DNA of 52,691 bases, from the NCBI RefSeq assembly GCF_001194135.2, contig NC_068984.1:131836833-131889523 (forward strand), read 5' to 3'. Below are positions 46,788 to 52,691 of the stretch, piece after piece. The notes below the pieces were generated by a model that made no database searches, was not told where the DNA came from, and saw only the letters and a program-made list of their open reading frames with translations. A program made the position numbers and the translations under genes. Numbering within the stretch: position 1 is the first letter of the stretch; each line of letters opens with the position of its first letter. The stretch is from Octopus bimaculoides. Lineage: Eukaryota.

Positions 46788-49549
46788 ACACCTCCATGAT
46801 TTCAGATGATAGTCCAACTGTCCAGAAGCGAGTCTCATATGGTGGTGAATCCTTTCCTTATGGAATCAGTGGTGTTGCTATGCCCGATTATGGCTATAGT
46901 GGCAGTGTTTATAATTATTCAAGAAAGAGTTTTCCCCGAAAATCACGGGTATGTTGTTACTGTGGAAAATCTTTCACCAGGTCGACAACGAGACGCTATC
47001 ACGAAAAGCGATGTCCACTTCTACGTGCTGCTGGTAGTTTAGTGGAACAGAATGAACAACCTGTTGATAATGGAGCAACTGCTTCAACCGATCACAAGTT
47101 TTATGCAATTGGATCACAAAGCCCAGCGTCACTCACCAATTCAATTAGCCCGGCTTCTGATTCTTGTCGTGCTGGAGTTGAAGATGAACTTTCAAAGCAG
47201 CCTGTCACAAATCGAAGACGGTCATTTGACCAGGCCAATTTGGAAAGTGTCTTTGTTAAACAAGAACCTTCTGAGTTTCTCAATATGTATGTTAGGACTT
47301 CAACACCACGGACAGGTTCATCTGAAAATAACCCATATGTAAATTCTGACAGTAATAAACAGGAATCTTCAAAGCCATTGGTAAACTTTCCGTCCCAATC
47401 CAGTAGCAGTAACAAAGATGTAAATGGTGAATCTGTCATTACATCTACACCTAGGTATGATCAGGCAGGAAATGTTGAATCACACTCCAATTTGGAGAGT
47501 GATTCTCTTAGAACGATTAGAATTGAGAAAACAGAGACAGATGTCCCAAAAAATGATGGTTCAGAAACCAGTATATACAAAAACCATTCTTCAACACATT
47601 TGGACCAAATGTTGCAAGGTAATGCAACCTCTTTGTCAGCTCGTCCTCATAAATCTTCACGTTTACAACAGTCAACTCAGGGAGCTTCCCATTCATCAGC
47701 TTTTAGAATTGAGCGAAGAGTATCTAAAATGATAAACAAACATCGATGCGGCTTGTGTGGCAAGCTGTTTGATACCCAGAAACAGCTTCAAATGCATGAG
47801 CAATTACATACTAAATTTAGGCCATATACTTGCCGCTTCTGTGGTCAGCGATTTACGAAATCAGCAATGAGAATCCGTCATGAACGTTCTCATCTTGGGG
47901 AAAAGCCATTTATGTGTATTGCGTGTGGGTCCTCATTTACTCGAAACTATAGCCTGAAACTGCATGAGCAGCGCCGGCATTCTCGAGGTCCTTGTATCTG
48001 TACAGATTGTGGAAAGGTGTGTGAGTCTTTAAGCAGTCTCAAATTCCACACTCAGAAACATGAATCTTTTGATGCTTTTGCTGCTAAAGACAACAACAAC
48101 AGCACCCAAATGGAACCTACAGCAACTGGCATAACCAGCTTTTCTTCAACTACACCCAAAGCTGCAGAACAGCAGGATAATCCGGAATCACTTAAAAAGG
48201 AGGCTGATCCACCAAGTGATTCTGGATCTGCCAGCCAAACTAGCAACAACAAACTGCCAGATGACAGTGGTAAGACTACTGTAGCACCAAATACAGGAGA
48301 GGAAGATGATGCTAAAGCTAAGGTGAAATGCAATGATTGTGGTAAGGAGTTCACACGACCTTACTTGCTCAAATACCATATAAAGGTACATGCTGGCTTA
48401 AAACCATTTGAGTGTCCGATCTGTGGGAAAAGATTTGGATATAAAAATAACATGAAATCTCATCTGAAACTTCATGCTGGAATTAAACCATATCAGTGCT
48501 GTGTCTGTGATGCAAAATTTACTCGAGGGTCTACGCTTCGAAGGCATGCTCGTAAGCATGGCATCATGGCTACATCAATATGGGACCTGTTTTCAAACTC
48601 TGGAATATCACAGTCACAAGCGTTCAGTGCCAGTAATCTAGCCAAAAAAGTGGCTGCTGCTGCTGCTTCATCCCTACACTCTAGTAAAACGAACTATGCT
48701 TCTCAAATAGGGGTCATTCCAGATAGTTCTGACCCAAACCGTCAGAACTATGATTCACATTCAGCCGAATCCGCCATACCTCAATCTATAGCCAACGGCA
48801 GTATATACCTAAACTACAAACACTCAGCAACTCAACATACATACCATTCACCTTTAGCTACCTCAGCAGTCATCCAACCCACTTCTTCCGTTACCTCATA
48901 CTCCCCAAACTCTCCTCCACTCACTGCCCTCAATCTCAGCATAAAAAACAAACCTGATGTGCAGTATCAAAGCTCAGACGTGCTGAGGACATCCTGGAAC
49001 CTGCAGCGGCCTACCTCTTCATCTACAAGCATATCTTCCACTTTGGAAAGCAAAATGTCCACTCCATTACTTTTACAAATAAACAACAGTGAACTACTGC
49101 CAACCAAGCATTCTGCTTATAAGGTCTCTCAACCCAAAGCTGAATATCGTGATTTCGAAGCTCAAACTAATTTGTGTGATTGTAGCCGTACAATTGAAGA
49201 TAACGTCCAGGCCAACATGTATGGCGCTCACTTGCCAGCATCCCGTTTGATTAAACAGGAGAGCAGCTTACGTTATAGTCCAGTTACAGTGTCAAATGGG
49301 ACATCACCGGTGAAATTTGACAAAATAGGAAGCTCGTTCAATGGAGAAACAGTTTCTTCTTTGCTCACAACTGGACGTATGTTTGTCTGTGAATACTGTG
49401 AATGCTACTTCAAGGAATATGCCATGTATCGCATCCATCAAAAGCTGCATGTTAAAGATGAGAGCCGGCCCTATCTTTGTCCAGTCTGTAACGAAGACTG
49501 TCATGATAGGATATACTTTAGTTTGCATATTTCAGAACATTTAAAGTAG
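46745..49549 (+). CDS. Multi-cluster zinc-finger transcription factor (934 aa; 1 C2HC + 9 C2H2 fingers) with an Ikaros/Hunchback-like C-terminal finger pair; whole CDS in one exon
   Basis: By far the longest non-repetitive ORF. Fingers: CxxC-x12-H-x3-C at aa 70-90 (46952-47014); four C2H2 at aa 335-439 (47747-48061; linkers TKFRPY, LGEKPF); three at aa 529-605 (48329-48559; linkers AGLKPF, AGIKPY); two at aa 882-932 (49388-49540). Ser/Thr-rich spacers lie between clusters. An in-frame TAG at 46724-46726 precedes the ATG. Confidence 0.95.
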   Translation: MDLPGSSAFHKSFLNTSMISDDSPTVQKRVSYGGESFPYGISGVAMPDYGYSGSVYNYSRKSFPRKSRVCCYCGKSFTRSTTRRYHEKRCPLLRAAGSLVEQNEQPVDNGATASTDHKFYAIGSQSPASLTNSISPASDSCRAGVEDELSKQPVTNRRRSFDQANLESVFVKQEPSEFLNMYVRTSTPRTGSSENNPYVNSDSNKQESSKPLVNFPSQSSSSNKDVNGESVITSTPRYDQAGNVESHSNLESDSLRTIRIEKTETDVPKNDGSETSIYKNHSSTHLDQMLQGNATSLSARPHKSSRLQQSTQGASHSSAFRIERRVSKMINKHRCGLCGKLFDTQKQLQMHEQLHTKFRPYTCRFCGQRFTKSAMRIRHERSHLGEKPFMCIACGSSFTRNYSLKLHEQRRHSRGPCICTDCGKVCESLSSLKFHTQKHESFDAFAAKDNNNSTQMEPTATGITSFSSTTPKAAEQQDNPESLKKEADPPSDSGSASQTSNNKLPDDSGKTTVAPNTGEEDDAKAKVKCNDCGKEFTRPYLLKYHIKVHAGLKPFECPICGKRFGYKNNMKSHLKLHAGIKPYQCCVCDAKFTRGSTLRRHARKHGIMATSIWDLFSNSGISQSQAFSASNLAKKVAAAAASSLHSSKTNYASQIGVIPDSSDPNRQNYDSHSAESAIPQSIANGSIYLNYKHSATQHTYHSPLATSAVIQPTSSVTSYSPNSPPLTALNLSIKNKPDVQYQSSDVLRTSWNLQRPTSSSTSISSTLESKMSTPLLLQINNSELLPTKHSAYKVSQPKAEYRDFEAQTNLCDCSRTIEDNVQANMYGAHLPASRLIKQESSLRYSPVTVSNGTSPVKFDKIGSSFNGETVSSLLTTGRMFVCEYCECYFKEYAMYRIHQKLHVKDESRPYLCPVCNEDCHDRIYFSLHISEHLK

Positions 49550-51062
49550 GAAGGCTAGCTCTTAAGTTTTTATTTTGATGCATGCTATTGCAATAATGTT
49601 GGCACATCCTACCTCGACACATTTTTCGTCTATTCTAGATGAAGCATAGAATAAGAAAAATGGAAAGAAAATAATTTTTTTTTTTAGTTTTTTTTTTTTT
49701 TGTTTATACATATATATATTTTTTAATCTAACATATTAGTTTGTGTATGTTTGTGTGCATGTATATATATATATATGTGCGTGTGTGTTTGCATATAAAC
49801 ATAGACACACTCATATATCCATGCATGCACATACAGTCATACATATACATAAACATTTTTTCATCATAATTTTGCTAAAACATGTTAAGCAAGTTGGGGG
49901 ACTATTTTGGCTTAATTAGAAAGCTGATAACTAATTACAAATTTTTGGCTAAGGTTTTATGAAAAATGTCATTATTCATTTTGTATTATATAATCCAGTT
50001 GCTATATATATATATAAATATATATATATAAAAGAGATCTTTCCTTCTTCACTCTTCACATGCATCGACATCTCTCTTTCACTGTTTTGACTATTTCTCT
50101 GCAATCTGCACAGCTGTGATCGACATCTTTGATTATCAGATCTTTCACTAGGACAGATCTCAGAAATTGGTCACTGTAGCTTGACTTTATTTAGTTAAGG
50201 CAGAAAGGATTCAGGGATAATTTGTCTGCAAACATATTGGTTCCCTCCCCTTATTATTTTTTTTACAACCCCCCTCCCCCTTTTTATATTTTTCTCCCNN
50301 NNNNNNNNAAACTCTTTTTTCCTCTTCCTTCCCCTCCTCCTAACTCTTACTTTCCTTTTATTTCTGTACTCTCTTCTTTACTGCAATTCTATTTATTTAA
50401 GTAACACTTGGGATGTACAGTATTGTGTCTGTAACAATAACCTATAGTGGAGGTGTTGGTGGTGGTCAACTGTGCAGTGTACACCATTGCACTGTAACTA
50501 GTTACCATTTAATTGGCAGGGAGAATTCTAAATTAAATGAACAAAAGCACAAACCACTTATTGATTGCTTGTTCTGAAAACTACCTCTGTGAACTATGTT
50601 TTATACTTACTCTATGTGATTTTTCTGTTTTTATTTAATCTTATTTCCATTCTTAATTTCTTTCTCTTCATGACTGTGGAAGGGAATTTATTAAGTTTTT
50701 TTCTTTGTTCATACCAGAACTGTCTTTTACAAATATCACAGAAATGATTTTTGATAGTATCACACACACACATTAACTTTTATTTAAAATTAAATCTTTT
50801 TAAAACCAATCTCTTTGTTTACTCTTAGAATATCTTACAAACTTCAGACTCTTCAACATAAGTGTCAACAACTACTAACAGAATTAAAAATACACTGATA
50901 CACATATATAGAAATATACATGTGCACATGTATATAAAATATAAAGGTATCATTGTGTGTGTGCGCACGCGCACTATATATATACACATATATATATATA
51001 TAATTTAATCTATAATTGTTAGACAAAATATATTCTATTTTGCCTGTGTCTCATTGGGTGTT

Positions 51063-51326
51063 GAATATATCTTGTCAGATTAACAATTATGGATTAAATA
51101 TTTTTATTCATTCTCAGACATATCTTTGAGTATTAATTTTATTCTAAGTGGCCGGGCATAACTTCTTTTTGAACTTGAATCATTAGTTCAAAAGACACTG
51201 TTTTGCCCCATGGCCAAAGGTAAAACAGAATATATTTTGTCAGATTAAGGATTAAATATTTGTAACTCTCAGACTTGTCTTTGAGCATTTTATTCTAAGT
51301 GGCTGAACATAGCTTTTTTTTGAATT
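51063..51326. repeat. Diverged direct repeat of about 100-115 bp (51063-51176 and 51228-51326)
   Basis: Both copies share gaatatat.ttgtcagattaa..ggattaaatattt..tctcagac.t.tctttgag.at..tttattctaagtggc..cata.ctt.tttttgaa. Confidence 0.85.
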
Positions 51327-51399
51327 CATCACACATACATGTTTTAATTTTTATTTTCATATATATTTACATATATCTAACCCTTTCTTTGTCCCACAA

Positions 51400-51630
51400 A
51401 AGTTGTAGAGTCAGCAAAACAGTAGAAGACGCAAATTAAATACTTCAAAGTTTAGTTTCAATCTTTTACACTCTAGGTTCAAATCTCACCTGGGCTTTGA
51501 GTTTGCTCTCATTTATTTAGGATCATTAGAATAAGCACCAGTAGTTAGTTTGATCAGTTGCATAGACTAATAAGCCTTCCCTATTAAATTTTTCTTTAAC
51601 CTTGTACCTAGTTGAAAGAAATCAACCTCA
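51400..51630 (+). mobile_element. SINE family B, decayed
   Basis: B-box-like ggttcaaatc, aataagcaccag, ccttgtacctagttgaaagaaat tail. Confidence 0.55.
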
Positions 51631-52313
51631 CTGATATAAATATCTCAACTATTTTATATATCATAATTTAAAGTTAACTGTTAATATTTTTAAAACTGAC
51701 CGCATTTCTAATAATCTATATTAAATAAAATCATTTTCTACGTTAATTATTCTCTTCTCTTCTTTTTTTAAAATATAGATTGGTACAAAATACTGTCTTC
51801 ATTTTACAATTTTAAATTTGTATTTTTTTTTTTTTTACTCATTTTTATATTAGTAAAACATTTTAAAGAAATGAGCAAATTAAGTATAGTTTAATTAGAA
51901 ACTAAAATAATTATTGTGTGACACCCCACCCCTTCCACATCATTGGTTTATTTTTTTTTTAAATTCTTCTGAAACTAACCATCATTTTACTGAATCAACA
52001 TTTGTTTTATTAACCCCATATGATGAAATCAGTACCCTCATTAGATTTCAAGCCTTTCACAGTCATTTGTTATTATTATTATCATTATTATTTATTTTAA
52101 TTTTTAAAAGTTTTTTTTATTTTGCATAAATGGGAACCAAGTTTTCTCGACCTTGTCATATGTTATCAGCCACAATCCAAACCAGATCTTTAAATCTCGT
52201 TTCTTTGCCCCCTCCGCTTACCCCACTCCTCTTCTCTTATTCTCTCCCCTCCCAGTTTAAAAGGCACACAATATATATATATATTATAAACACACACATA
52301 CACACAAACATGC

Positions 52314-52314
<1 letters not shown>

Positions 52315-52344
<30 letters not shown>

Positions 52345-52657
52345 CAATTATTCAAAGCTGATGGTGCAAGGCTTATTACTGATAAAACTTTTGTGTTGAC
52401 AAACAAAAGTTAATTGGCAGGGTGAAACTAGGTAAATTGACATTTTACTTGTTATTGTTTATATAGCATTGAGAAAGGGCAGGTAAATCTCTCTCTAAGC
52501 ACTAGCAATGTATCCCAGCGCTAGAAGTATTGGGTTTCTAACTTTGGATTGTGGTTGGAAGAAAATATGTCAAGTAAATGAAGAGACAGTGTGTATTTTT
52601 TGTTATGTATTTCTATAGATCAATGTAAATTACTTAACACACCTTCTCTTCCAAATA

Positions 52658-52691
<34 letters not shown>
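52315..52691. repeat. (GT)n at about 52315-52344 and terminal (TA)n at about 52660-52691
   Basis: Directly visible. Confidence 0.9.

Noticed and set aside
46806-49544. Alternative-frame and antisense ORFs overlapping the zinc-finger CDS
   Set aside because: They are short, have no motifs, and are expected by-products of a long coding region.
46745-49549. Naming the gene hunchback or Ikaros
   Set aside because: Only the C-terminal pair matches. The DNA-binding fingers lack the family-specific residues as I recall them, so no symbol was assigned.
1-52691. CRISPR arrays, rRNA, operon-like or prokaryotic systems
   Set aside because: The sequence is clearly eukaryotic; no regularly spaced repeat-spacer array or rRNA-like segment was seen.

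Overview
This is an AT-rich, microsatellite- and transposon-dense animal genomic window. It is most likely Octopus, inferred from the SINE/MITE repertoire, the (TA)/(CA) arrays and the short-read assembly gaps, not from a database search. There is one clear protein-coding gene: an uninterrupted 934-aa ORF (46745-49549, +) encoding a transcription factor with 10 zinc fingers in four clusters (1 C2HC + 4 + 3 + 2 C2H2). Its last two fingers look like the Ikaros/Hunchback dimerisation module, but its internal fingers do not look like Hunchback or Ikaros fingers. The ORF sits just behind a strong splice acceptor and two upstream ATGs. A CpG-retaining stretch at about 11-16 kb is the likely promoter, so about 16-46.6 kb is probably 5'-leader intron with a few small candidate non-coding exons. 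The rest is repeats: three tRNA-type SINE families, RTE and Penelope-like retrotransposon relics, a CRE-like restriction-endonuclease retrotransposon relic, two mariner relics, ten TTAA-flanked piggyBac-type MITEs, a hAT MITE and a Helentron-like insert. The best unexplained signal is a candidate type I hammerhead ribozyme at 613-688. Almost all other ORFs in the supplied track are microsatellite or TE artefacts. All alignments and folds were done by eye, and TE boundaries are approximate.
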